The position numbers and the translations under genes are program-made. Shown here piece by piece: positions 52,501-64,000 of a DNA stretch of 64,000 nucleotides. The first letter of the stretch is position 1. Each line of letters opens with the position of its first letter. Source of the stretch: Podarcis tiliguerta (lineage: Eukaryota); the NCBI GenBank assembly GCA_965153285.1, contig OZ229114.1; one strand, written 5' to 3'. The notes beneath the pieces are model-generated. The model saw only the letters and a list, made by a program, of their open reading frames with translations, searched no databases and was not told the DNA's origin.

Positions 52501-52599
52501 CTACGCGTTCTCCTCTGTAGAGAACAGGGCAATGGACAGATGAAAGTGAACATGTAATACACAGGAAATGAAAGGAACCACGGAGCATTCTTCATGTCC

Positions 52600-52690
52600 T
52601 TCTTGTTGGCTTTCCATTGGCCACAGTGGAAAACAGGATGCTGGACTAGATGAACTTTTAGTTTGATCCAGCAGGGCTCTAATGTGGCCA
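52600..52690 (+). mobile_element. CR1-like LINE 3' end fragment
   Basis: ggccacagtggaaaacaggatgctggactagatg...tgatccagcagggctct. Confidence 0.55.
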
Positions 52691-53066
52691 TTATGGACTT
52701 GAAAGACAATCTTCAGTGCTATTTCAGGATAATGATTTTTGTAATAACTGAAAGAGCTGAGAGTTAAACTCCTGCTAGGAAGCATTTTTGGTAGGTGTAT
52801 TAGAGCAAAGCCATATGGCGCATGACCTGACGTTTCCAAAGGGGTAGCAGTTTCTTGTAGCAAAGGCAGCAGTCTTCTGGCACCTGAAAGGCTAACACAT
52901 TTGTTATGGACAAGCTTTTGTGGACTACAGTTGATGTTACCAGATGCATGAAGGGTTATCCTGAGCTGTAGGTATGTGTGTGTATCAGCCATTTGTAACC
53001 CATCCTGGGCATTGACACTACCCTCTCACATCCCTTGAATGGCAGGCCTGTAGTTGCTTAAAGATA

Positions 53067-53069
<3 letters not shown>

Positions 53070-53097
<28 letters not shown>
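53070..53097. repeat. (CT)14 microsatellite
   Basis: Direct reading. Confidence 0.95.
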
Positions 53098-53101
<4 letters not shown>

Positions 53102-53191
53102 CCCACTCACCCACCCACACCCACCTACCCCTAAAAGAGTTGCACAACAACAGGTCACACAGCAGAGAAACAAGTAAAGTGATGGGCAATA

Positions 53192-53392
53192 CAGTGGTAC
53201 CTCGGGTTAAGTACTTAATTTGTTCCGGAGGTCTGTTATTAACCTGAAACTGTTCTTAACCTGAAGCACCATTTTAGCTAATGGGGCCTCCTGCTGCTGC
53301 CACGCCGCTGGAGCACGAGTTCTTAACCTGAAGCATTTTTCTGGGTTAGCAGAGTCTGTAACCTGAAGCGTATGTAACCTGAGGTACCACTG
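53192..53392. mobile_element. Tigger-like MITE, family A copy 2 (shorter)
   Basis: TA|cagtggtacctcgggtta ... taacctgaggtaccactg|TA; same orientation as 3700-3941 but 41 bp shorter. Confidence 0.9.
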
Positions 53393-53554
53393 TACTACAG
53401 AACCGAATAATGTCATCCAAAACTTCAAGTTATTCACCTGCCCATCTTCCAGTGTGATGTATGCCATTATCTGCCAACCACGCTCTTCTGCATTCTATTT
53501 GTGACAAATAGGCCTGTCTCTGTGCAAACAAATAACACAAATATGGCAATATTA

Positions 53555-53586
53555 AAACAAACAAACAAACAAACAAACAAACAAAC
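53555..53586. repeat. (AAAC)8 microsatellite
   Basis: Direct reading. Confidence 0.95.
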
Positions 53587-53711
53587 ATGCTGTCCTACCA
53601 GGACAGCCTGTAACCAGTATTAAAGGAGACATATCGTAACAAAGTAACCTCAAAGGGAGACTGTGACATGAAACAGCTGAATAACAATACATCAAGAGGT
53701 TCAGTGCTATA

Positions 53712-53845
53712 NNNNNNNNNNNNNNNNNNNNNNNNNNNNNNNNNNNNNNNNNNNNNNNNNNNNNNNNNNNNNNNNNNNNNNNNNNNNNNNNNNNNNNNNN
53801 NNNNNNNNNNNNNNNNNNNNNNNNNNNNNNNNNNNNNNNNNNNNN
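53712..53845. other. Assembly gap (134 N)
   Basis: Run of n. Confidence 1.
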
Positions 53846-56800
53846 TTTTGTGGATATTTTATGTAGTCCACAAAGGTTCCACAAATATCTCTGTTCCTTT
53901 TAGGCAGAGAGCATGTTAAATCAAGGTGGGGGGACATAGCTGGTAGTTGTAGAACTGCAAGACCTTCACTTAATAGATTCAAAATAGTTAACATATGTAG
54001 CAATGGATAGAATACAAATCTTCATCAGAGGCGGATTTTGAGCATATGTGAGTGAAAAGATTTTAAATATTGGGCAAGCCTTAAACTTGAACCTGGCTCA
54101 TATCACATGAAGCATCTTTCAAAATGAAATCCTCTTTGCTTTATTCCAGCTGTGGAAATGGTATTTATGCCTGGGCTACAGAAGCTACATATTCCTTACT
54201 TATACTAAGCATGTGAGATTCAGTACTATACTATGAAATGCTCTGGCTGTTTTTAAAGCTGTATATATTTTGAGATCTATAGCCTGATAACTCATCTGTT
54301 GGATACAAAAGTAGTCTCCTTCTACAGTCCTTGAAAGATAACTCACCATAAAGGTCAAAAAAGCTGCCTGACTCATCTGAAGAAAGAGAGCCTTTTTATG
54401 ATCAACAGTGTTCTTAACTAGGCTTTTATCATGCCGGAATGCTTCAGAAGCCAATTGAACAAGATTTTGACACCCCCTTTTAGAGATATGTTATGATGCA
54501 GCTGTTACAGCTGAGCTTCAACTTTTGTTAATGACAAGCAAAAGTTATTTATCTTGGCTCAGCTTATTCTTTGCCATATGGCATTACAACCTCTACTCTA
54601 TATATTATATGAAAGAAAAAGCTATCCATGTTCTTTGGTGTTTCAACCCATAATGTTGGACAGATTGTGGCTTTGCCTTAGCAAAAAGTGCTTCTGATCA
54701 CAGAGGTTGAGACACCCTTTTTCTTTTTTGCTGCTGCACCTGTGTTGCTGTTGCTGCTGTTTGCTGCACTCCACTGCTCCAAATCCCATTCTGTTCCAGG
54801 GGTCTCGCAGCCGTTGGGAACAGTTTTGGGGGGCAGATATGGTGGGGCTGAAGATGGTAGGGAAAAGCAGCGAAAACCAGGTTCTCCAACTTGTGAGACT
54901 AGGAGCACTTTCCACTTAGGCAAAGCCACCATTGGACACACCTCAGAGTAGTTTTCTTTGTATGTAGAATCCTTGAATCATGGTTGTGGGCAATATTTTA
55001 CAATTTCTGTTTTCTAACTTTAAAATGCGTGTAGTGTCCTGAGCTTCCTGTTTTAGTAAGTTTTCCTTTAGCTTTTCTGGAACCACAGAAATTCTGCAGC
55101 TGCAGCAAAAGATGGAAGGAAATGGGTTCCAAAAAAGACCCCTCCATTAAAAGTTGTGGGGCTGCTGCAAAAAACATACATCACGATTGAATCAACTGAC
55201 TTAGATTGTTACTGTCTGTCTTTTGTGCCAGAGGTTAAAGTGGTAATTGTTTCCTTTGCTTTCTGCCTAGAAGCCACTGGTGGCCCAGTACAGATCTCCT
55301 TTTAGAAATGACCCAGTTAAGTGAAGCATAGAATATGATATATTTCAGATCTAACCGGGGCTGGCAATATGTTGGATGTTTCACAGAATTGCAGCCAGCT
55401 TCTTGAGTTTCTTATATTTTTCATATAATTTAGGTCATCTTACTTATGCCGTTAATAATATATCCAAGAGACAGTGTTCAGCTATGTAAGTTTGCACATT
55501 TAAAAACTTGTTTAAAGTTTGCTTAGTTAAAAGTTTGATTACTATTTATCAGTCAAACATTTCCCTTTTTAAAAATAAATCATGCATTTAATTCATTCCT
55601 GTAGGTTTTGCCTAAACATGATTTTCAAATTTTGCTAATTTCTCTTAAAGTGAACCAAATACTTTCAGCTCTATAATGTTTGTACATTTTGTACTGCTAT
55701 TGAAAGGTTTACTGAGATGGATATAATATATGTAAAATGCTTTGAATTCTTGATTCTATATAAATTCTAAGTACCGTTACTGTACATGTTTCTTTCTAAA
55801 TAGATTTTCTTTCATTGAATTGGAACCTGATGAGGACCACATGGTCAAATCATCTACAAAAAACCAATAAGTATATTTAACTAGCTATAAATGTACTTAA
55901 TGACTGGAGTGGACAATTAATTGCTAACATAACTGAAATATTCAAGAGTGACTATTACCTTCTGCTAATAATGGAGATGAAATCCTGTGTTATCAAAGAG
56001 ACTTGATTTGATTGCTCTTCTGTGGTTGTGATAAGAGAGAAGGCATATTATTGTAAAGATGAGGAGGAAGCCATTTTAATCATGCATGAAAATATAAATT
56101 CCATATGGGCAATGTCAACCTTTTGTTGTTAGTGACCTAAAGAACCAATTGAGTCAATAAGTTACACCTTTAGTAGCCAAACTGGCTGCTCTTTGAATAA
56201 TTGGCTGATTTCATGGTGCCTTGTTGACTCTAATTTTCTAGCCATTGTGACTAAACAGTTGGTTTTGCTATTTCTTTTGTTCCACTGCCCTGTATTGGAT
56301 AAAAAGTACAGCTCCTCCAAACCTGGTTTAAGCATTTTGAAGCTTTGATTTAATTAGTTAGAATGTGTAAACTTGGCAGCTATAGCCAGTACATTATGTG
56401 AAGTAATTCTCCAGGAATCATGGTGAAGAGAAAAAGATATTGCGTTGTCTTTTGTGGCAAGGATCTGAATCAAAACTATTATGTTCTTCTGCAGAACATG
56501 TGGAATATCAAAGAAGCTAAAACTACCATTTCCTAATCATTTGCCAGAGAGTTTATTAACTGTCCACATGACAACAGACTAAAATAAATGCAGAGAGTTA
56601 TGCTTCAGTAGACTGAATTCCTGTCTTTTCCAAAACCTTTGTTCCAAACATATCTTAGTATTGGAAAGAGCCAAATCCAGTGGCCTGCAATTTGAAACAT
56701 TTAATATCTGTATAACTGAATGTTGTTTTTTTACACACAGTTGAGTTCAGTTCCTTTTAATGTTCAAAGCAAGACATTTTTACTGTTCATGGAAATTGCC

Positions 56801-59800
56801 AGTGTTCCTATACCATCCTTTCACTGTGCTGTTAAAAACCATTCTGGCATCACAGCATGACATCACTGATACCATTATGGCATCAGTGGCAGAGGCCACT
56901 GATAGGAGCAGCCCATGTTTAGTCTATTTCTTATATAGAAGTTGCTGCAAGTGTTTGTTTCCCCCTTACTGTATGAAGGTTAATACTGAATAGTTTTACA
57001 GCTATAAAAATTCTGTTAATGACTAATCATTCTAGAGTGATCTGCCTAAGCTGTTTGCAATAATGAATTTCAAATGAGTGTTGTTTGTCATGTAATTACT
57101 GTCCAGTTTCTTGGCCTTTACACTTTGGAACAGCAAACTGAAAACATAAGGCACCATCTAATGGGAACATTTCCTACAGAAGTTCATTTGAAATGCCAAG
57201 GCATTATGCCCAGAATATTAGGGCTAGCTAAATCCAATCTATTCTTACTGGGGTGGGCCAAAAAAGTGTATCTGTTGTTTTGTGGGGTTTTTAATGTAAA
57301 CTCTGCATTAAAGTACCTAGAATAAGTTTGATTGTTCTATATTAAATAGATTGTCTCTTTTTAAATTAAGGCTTTGTGCCCAGTTGCAACAGAAGTAATC
57401 ATTATATGGAGCAAATAGGTATAATAAGGGAGATGCTTAAATTAATGTGTGCACTCATAATTTGTAGCACTGCATTTCACTTTAGTTCTAAATCAATGCA
57501 GAAGGTTTTGAGCTTTCTTTTATTTTCTCTGCCATCATAGATCTTATATAAAATAGTCATAATTTGCTAGAAGCTATGACCATAGTAATAAACAAAGCAG
57601 ATCATTACAATGTTCATCTAATGGTCAGGCATGGGAAACCTTAAAAGAAATCATTCTGTGTTTGTAACATGTAATGTGAATCCTTGCACCTTGTCTTTCT
57701 CATGTATCAAAGGTACAGATGCCCACAAATTTCTTTGATTGGCCAGTACAATCCAGCTCAAACTTCAGTTGGTTTGTTTTTGTCTAAAATCCAAGAAATA
57801 AAGATCTCCATTCCCGCCCCCCCCCCGGTAAGCCAAGTATCAACTTAATGAATCTGGTTGTGCGAAATCTTTAATGTATGCACATGTGATGTATGTTACT
57901 AATTTTCCTCTATGTCCAAAATCTCTAATATGTTTGCTTCCATAACTCGTGATGCATGTAGTGTTGATCAGATGCAGAATCGACCGGTGAACTTCCCTGC
58001 AGTTGAAATTGGGATCAGACAAAACATGAAAATGAGTTTTCAGTCTCTTGTAAAGCTAGTGACCTCCACAATACCAGAGAGATTAGTTTATTTGAGTATG
58101 AAAAGAGTGTTCAGAACATGCTGTGGGGTTAGAGAGGATGATGATTAAATCTGAATGGCAGAGTCCTGACTTATGCTGTGGGAATGTTACTATAACAGAT
58201 GACCCGGTTCCATAGACTTACAGCTGTGCTAGGTATTGTTATCTCTGGAACAGATTAAAGATGAATATGTTTTCTTGGTCAGCCCTTCTATTTTAGGGGT
58301 GAGCTTGGTGTTCTTTAGTAGTTCATTCTGTTTCAAACCTTAACACAGGAAATTCTCATAATTTCTCTCTTAATTGGTGTGAACAACTGAATTGGACTAA
58401 ATGCACTATTAGTAGCAAAACACAGGAACTGGGACAGTTAGCTGTTTTCCCAGATGGTTCAGATTTTGTTAAACCCATAAGATAATGAATTCATTTCTTC
58501 TTTCCTGAGCTATGTTACTTAAAAATAATAAGCAGCCCCATTTGCTCCATTTATCTAGTGTTTTAACTATGACATGACCGTCCTTTACTTTGTAAAATAT
58601 TTGTGTGAGAGGTGTTCAGGGCAATTGAGGCTGGTCCATTAGGGTGAAATCAGAATGTCTCAGTGTTGCTTTTGTAGAACACAGCATGGAGGAGGATGGG
58701 AATACAACTAGAATTAGTTGGCACTGGCTCCACACAGTATTGGTCTCCCTGCCTTCTGCCCTACAAGTCCCTGGGGCACCAGCCACCAAAGGTCCTGAGG
58801 GTGAAGTTAGAAGGCCAAAGATGAGGCCTTGGCTGAACCATATTCTGAGATCACGTACTGCAGGTCGTTGCTCATAAATACCATTTTCTGTTCCCTGTAG
58901 AAATATGATTTTGCACAGATGTACAGCCTCTTGCCCAGGCTTCTCCACCCTGTCCTATAATGTTCTTAAAATCTTCTGTAGTGCAGAACATAGGCTGCTT
59001 TCACAGGCCAGGTTCCTAGTATTAAATTAAGCTTTCCTATTGCTTCAGATATGGAACCTGCTGTTTTGTGATGAGGCGGCAGCCATCATGATGGAAGCTG
59101 TTGGGCTGTGGGAGGGTTTGAAAAGAGATGGGAAGGCAGGAGGAGGGGAACGTTGCTTCACTTCTCTATCATCAAAGGATTCCAGCAGGATTTCCTGGAT
59201 CTGGCACACTGTATGTAAATTGCCCCCACCCCCTCAATATATTACAAACTGAAGCTGGGTTTCTAATGTACAGCTTGCCTGTGTGGTGCAATATTGCTGG
59301 TTCTAAGATAAACTCAATGTCAACTCGATCAAGTTCTTTCCCCAAATATCTCCATTCTTTTGAGCACATGAAGTCCCAACAAAAATATTGGGGAATATAG
59401 TATTTTAATTTAACATGTGAATCAGGATGCTTTGTACCTTCAGGTGAAAGTTTAAAGGAATGAAATCAGGAAGATGCGGAATGAAATTTAGATGATTATT
59501 TCCTTTCTTATTATAAAGATCACACACAGTTCTGCATTTTAGAAATCTACCTACTGAAGTTTTAATGTGTGATTATTTCTGGTATCTTTGTTCACATTAA
59601 CGTAAGGGGAAATGAGCTGATTATACTTCTTGGTTTGTATGTGTTCTCTTTCTCAGCATTATTTTCTTGTCATTAGTGTTGTTTCCCAAAAGTCTATGGA
59701 CTGAAAATGTTTCACAAATTCGTTGATCCTTCCTGACATCGTTCAGCATGCAAAGTACCAAGAGGATGTTGTGGGTGTCACAAGTTGAGTCATTTATGTG

Positions 59801-62754
59801 CTGTGAGAGTAGCAGCCCTTTGTTTTGACTCAAAGCTAGACAAATTTGGCAACAGAGACAAAAGGAGAATACCTTTGTATTACTGAGGTGTCGTTTTTAT
59901 AAAGTGCCTTTGTCTCCCGCGCCACCCTCTTAATGCCTCAGAAATAAATCACTTCAGACTTCATCACTGACAGCCACAATATCTACAGTCTTCACACATC
60001 AGGAGCCTGGCTGACATGGCAAATTATGTGCTGGTGCCATTTGACAAGAGCAAAATGAAGAGAGGGGCTGGGCTTCCTTGCTGTATATCAGTGCAAAGTA
60101 ATAATGTGTATTCTGGATACAGAGGGGGTGTTTGAACGCTTAATTGTGTTTGGTAGTATAAGTTGAAAAATAAGTGGAATAACAAGCTGGGGAGAGGATG
60201 TGATGGGACTAAGAAAAACAATCTAGGCACCTGATTCATTGATGGAGAATCGCTTGCCATTATTTGAAACACATCTGCATTTGTGCAACAAATCTCATTA
60301 CCAATGTGCACATATAAGTGTTCATCTGCAGTAGTTGTGTCCCGTTTTTAAAAAGATGATGCAGAACTTGCACGATGAGTATGCTACTTATTTCACCAGC
60401 AGTCTCCAAAATCCCTTTGCCTAGGCTGCGGAAGTGCATATCCAGATAACTCCTTGAGTAAAGTAATCACTTTGCCTTCCTCTGTTTATAAGATAAGAGT
60501 TGTTTCCTCTTTTGAGTTTGTTTTCTTGTATCTTTTCGAGTGGCAGTGCCTCCACCTCTTTCTCATCCAAATCTGAGAATAAAATAAATATTTTGTTTAA
60601 AAAATCTCACTGGAATTGTGTTAAGCTCATGATTCAGATAAATGAGGGAGGAAAAGACTTGAGCTGATACAATTAATGTCTTATGCTGGAGATCTCACCA
60701 GCTGCCTTAGAAAAATTGCTTAGGTGCTGGGCTTCAGTATAGTTTCAAAGAAACCAGAGACCAGTGGGCTTGCCTTACACAGCACAAAACTTTCCAAAGT
60801 GCTTGGTTTTACTGTTTTACTGTCTTCAGACCTTGTGACACTACTGCAGATGATTATTAATACACTGGATCTGGAATTTCAGGCAATATGGCTCACTTTC
60901 TTTCTTTGCTACAGTACTTTATATGCAAAGTGGATAGACTTTCATCCATATGCAATTACTGCAAGACTATAAAATATGATATGGTTAAAGAAAGCAGTAG
61001 ATTAAAACTACAGTAATTTCAAGAACTTGCAACAGGAACTAAAATCAAGTTTGAATGTGTTGCACAGTTATGAAAAAAAGCTGAATTGACAACAAATAAT
61101 TACTGCCTGTGGAAAGTAAGGGACTTTGCTACCCAATAAATAAGCAGCTCTTATTCTCACTGTGTAGAGAGATGCACATGTTCAAGCGATGCACATATAC
61201 CAGCTATTCTTATTATTTCATTGAACATTTCATAAGTGCTTGCTTGATGTGCAGAATAGTGTCACACTGAATGTTAATCACTACAAGTCAAGAAAAATGA
61301 AGTTACCTCGAAGTCCACTTTCAAAGTCTTCATTTATAAACCAACATGTCCTAGAGGTATGGGAGGGTTGTATGGGGTGAACCAGCTGGGTAACTACAGA
61401 CAACCAAAACCCAGCAGTGACGGAGTTCTGGAATTAGATTTTGTTGCAACCACTTGAAATTCTGTGGTTGCAACTGTTTGATCAAGCCAGTCCAGGCAGA
61501 TCAGAACATATCGACATGAACAAAACCAGTTCAGCCCAGCAATAAAAGTAGGCACAGGCTGGCTAAAAGCTGCAGCTGCAGCTGCATTGCAGTTACAGTA
61601 CAGATACATTCCACAATGGACAAAGAAATGTGTAAGTCATCTGTCTTACAGTCACTCTTTGACTGCATACATTTTAGTAAAAGTTCCCAAGGTCTCCAAC
61701 TGACTTGCCCAGAGCAAGGTAGATTGAACCTATGAAAATTTAAAAACAGCAATCAGGAACTAAAGATCAGTTTTGAGCATCCCTCTCCCTCTGCCTCCCT
61801 CCCTCCCTCTTTCCTTTAACAAAGCAGAGGTGGTGCCACTGATGCGCTCCATCTTAGCTCCAGACACAGCACACCAGTTGAAGACTCCTTCGGCACATAA
61901 TTTCTAGTTCAAACACTTTGTCAATAGATCCATGTTTTTTTTTTAATTTTAAAGTTTATGATGTAGCTATTTATTATACAAAACCTATTATTGCTGTTCT
62001 TCAATTACAATCGCCCAGTCCAGTATAACAGTTGAGTGTAGAACTGAAACCAGTGCAAAGCTGGGAGTGGAGAGGGAACAGGAGCACCGTGGGTTTCTTG
62101 TACTATATTGTGTTAAAGCAGCCAAACCCTTTAATACTGGCAATGCAATTAGTGATTCACGGAGTAAGAAAATCAAAAAGATGGGTCCCTGCCATGAGGA
62201 ACTTACAATCTATGCTTCAGCAGTGGAGGAGATAGGAAGGGGAAATAACAAGGGCTGCATGTGAGCAAATAAGCTACGTGTACTTAATTAAGCTTTGTGT
62301 CAGCTGGGAACCAAATTTGATTTGTTTCAACAATTTATAGTTTACCCATTTGGCAAGGCACTCTAAGCAACTGAAAAGACAAATGTAAGCATTCACATAT
62401 ACAGATTAAAGCAATAAATTAAAGCTGGAAGCCTGAGATTCAACTTCTAGGTGCCAGAATCAAATGTGTGGGAGCCAACCTTGTGACCCCAGTCCAAGCA
62501 AAATTAGTAATAATGACCAAGCCAAGCAGTAGGAATTAATTTGGCTGTCAGAAAGGGAAACAAGTTTAATCTCCTTAACCCTTTTAAGTGTTTTTTGTCA
62601 ACTTACATCTCCATGTTGAACCTGAAATTAAAGTTGCATTCATTTAAATTTTCTTCTAAGAACTGTGACACAGTACCTATGACAAAGAGCTGGGTCCAAA
62701 CTATGAGTAAATATGTTTATTTCTTGGTTTGCCTCCCTATTCAATTTGTATCCT

Positions 62755-62900
62755 GTCCTCCTTCCCGTGAGATAAGGCTGCTGACATGGAGGTGGGCTTT
62801 TTCAGTGATGGCACTGAATGTGATACATTCCCTGCTGTGTTGGCATTCTGTTAGCTCTTGAAGACGCACCTGTTTGAACAGGTATTCCCCTGACCTCTTT
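62755..62900 (+). mobile_element. Degraded L2-like 3' fragment
   Basis: PPSREIRLLTWRWAFSVMA resembles REVRLQGTRQRAFSVAP of the L2 at ~15420. Confidence 0.45.
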
Positions 62901-63010
62901 ATCCAAGTCTCATGTTTTAATTGCTGTGTTGTTTTAACGACACTTGTTACTGCACCACAGCATATTGCTTCCATTAATGCCATTGCTCTAGCAGCTTCTA
63001 GAAATAATAA

Positions 63011-63135
63011 TAGAATGTAGAGACCTTGAGGGTAATCTAGTCCAACGCCCTGCAATGCAGGAATCTCAACTAAAGCATCCATGACAGATGGCCATTCAAC
63101 CTCTGCTGAAAAACCTCCAAGGGAGGAGAAGGGCC
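63011..63135 (-). mobile_element. CR1 LINE 3' end fragment
   Basis: atctagtccaacgccctgcaatgcagga...gacagatggccattcaacctctgctgaaaaacctcca, typical of a reverse CR1 terminus. Confidence 0.7.
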
Positions 63136-63147
63136 TCCCCCAAATAT

Positions 63148-63843
63148 CAATGCCAGTGACCAAGGCATTGAACAGGAGTCGTCGTCCCCAGCACCATCTT
63201 CTGAATTTGCTTCTCCAGGAAAGAATGGAACCACTGTAAAACAGTGCCTCCAAGTCCTGTCCCAGCAAGGTGGCCTGGAAGCAGTGGTGTAGCGTGGGGG
63301 GTGCAGGGGGGGCCGTCCGCAACAGGTGCAACATCTGGGGGGGGGCGCTCGCACTAGCAGCTCTCTGCCCCTACCTGGCTCACTCACTCTCTCTCACTGC
63401 AGTGATGGCTGTGTGAATCCGATCCGAGCCGCCGGGTCGCCGCCCACTGTGGAGGAGAGGCTGCCAGGTGTGCGGTGCGGTGCGGAGAGAGAGCGAGGGA
63501 CTATCTGGGGGAGGGACAGTGCAGCGGGGGGGGGCACAAATTACTTGCCTTGCCCCGAGTTAGGGGGCGCAAATTACTTGCCTTGCCCCGGGTGCTGACA
63601 ACCCACGCTACGCCACTGCCTGGAAGGATACCATAGGCAATGGTATTGAAAGCCACCAGAACCCAGCAGAACCAGCAGGAACACACTCCCACCTGTCCAG
63701 TTCTTGGCGTTAAGTCATCCACCAAGGTGACCAAAGCTATCTCTGTCCCATAACCAGGCCTAGAACCAGATTGAAATGGATCTAGATAGTCAGTCTCCTC
63801 CAGAAACCTCTGGAGCTGAGCTGCCAGCACATGCTCCAGTACC
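63148..63843 (-). mobile_element. L2-clade LINE reverse-transcriptase fragment interrupted by a hAT MITE
   Basis: VLEHVLAAQLQRFLEETDYLDPFQSGSRPGYGTEIALVTLVDDL...VAFNTIAYGILP, continuing past the MITE as GHLAGTGLGGTVLQWFHSFLEKQIQKMVLG; frameshifted. Confidence 0.88.
63282..63618. mobile_element. GC-rich hAT MITE with perfect 8-bp TSD
   Basis: TIR cagtggtgtagcgtggg / cccacgctacgccactg; TSD cctggaag at 63274-63281 and 63619-63626; subterminal duplication of caaattacttgccttgccccg. Confidence 0.92.
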
Positions 63844-64000
63844 ATATTTTCTATTTCTTCTTCCAATGTGTAGTAAGTGATCCTGATTCTGCAAGGAGTT
63901 TTGATCCAAAATGACACTTGTATTCTTGAAACACTTTGCAAGAATTCCACAGCCAGCAGGCACTAAAGGAAGGGCTAAAAGTCAGTGCTTTGCATGCAGC

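Larger units (their letters stand above)
19665..64000 (+). other. PID1: PID1 intron downstream of the 147-nt exon (3' end outside window)
   Basis: Begins GTATCT. The long terminal PTB-domain exon (VTYLGKV...) is absent from the six-frame track; mammalian PID1 introns are very large. Confidence 0.75.

Noticed and set aside
43080-54003. ORFs containing poly-X (43080-43289, 53552-54003)
   Set aside because: Artefacts of translating N gaps.
62741-63334. Longest ORF in the track (197 aa)
   Set aside because: It runs across hAT, off-frame L2 and CR1 fragments; a chance composite.

Overview
Vertebrate nuclear DNA, almost certainly a squamate reptile and most likely a lacertid lizard, inferred from Sauria/POM-type SINEs, Squam3-like SINEs and RTE-BovB. 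It is AT-rich, CpG-depleted and has two assembly gaps. The only protein-coding sequence I can support is one 147-nt internal exon (19518-19664, + strand) of PID1 (phosphotyrosine interaction domain-containing 1 / NYGGF4), encoding HFQTMLKTKLNVLTLRKEPLPTVIFHEPEAIELCTTTPLMKTRSHAGCK. The flanking PID1 coding exons were not found, so the rest of the window is read as the two large introns around this exon. These carry many transposon relics: Sauria, Squam3-like and CORE/MIR-like SINEs; L2, CR1 and BovB LINE fragments; TA-flanked Tc1/mariner-pogo MITEs; hAT MITEs with 8-bp TSDs; and a CpG-rich ~764-bp TG...CA LTR-like unit (Ngaro/DIRS-type remnant or solo LTR). Two leads stand out, both hypotheses needing testing. 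(i) The stop-free, 3n, ATG-containing PID1 exon is bracketed by an inverted pair of near-identical MITEs, a circRNA / rolling-circle-ORF architecture. (ii) The LTR-like unit contains a putative structured RNA motif with an apparent compensatory base-pair change. Repeat family names come from recalled consensus features, not database searches.
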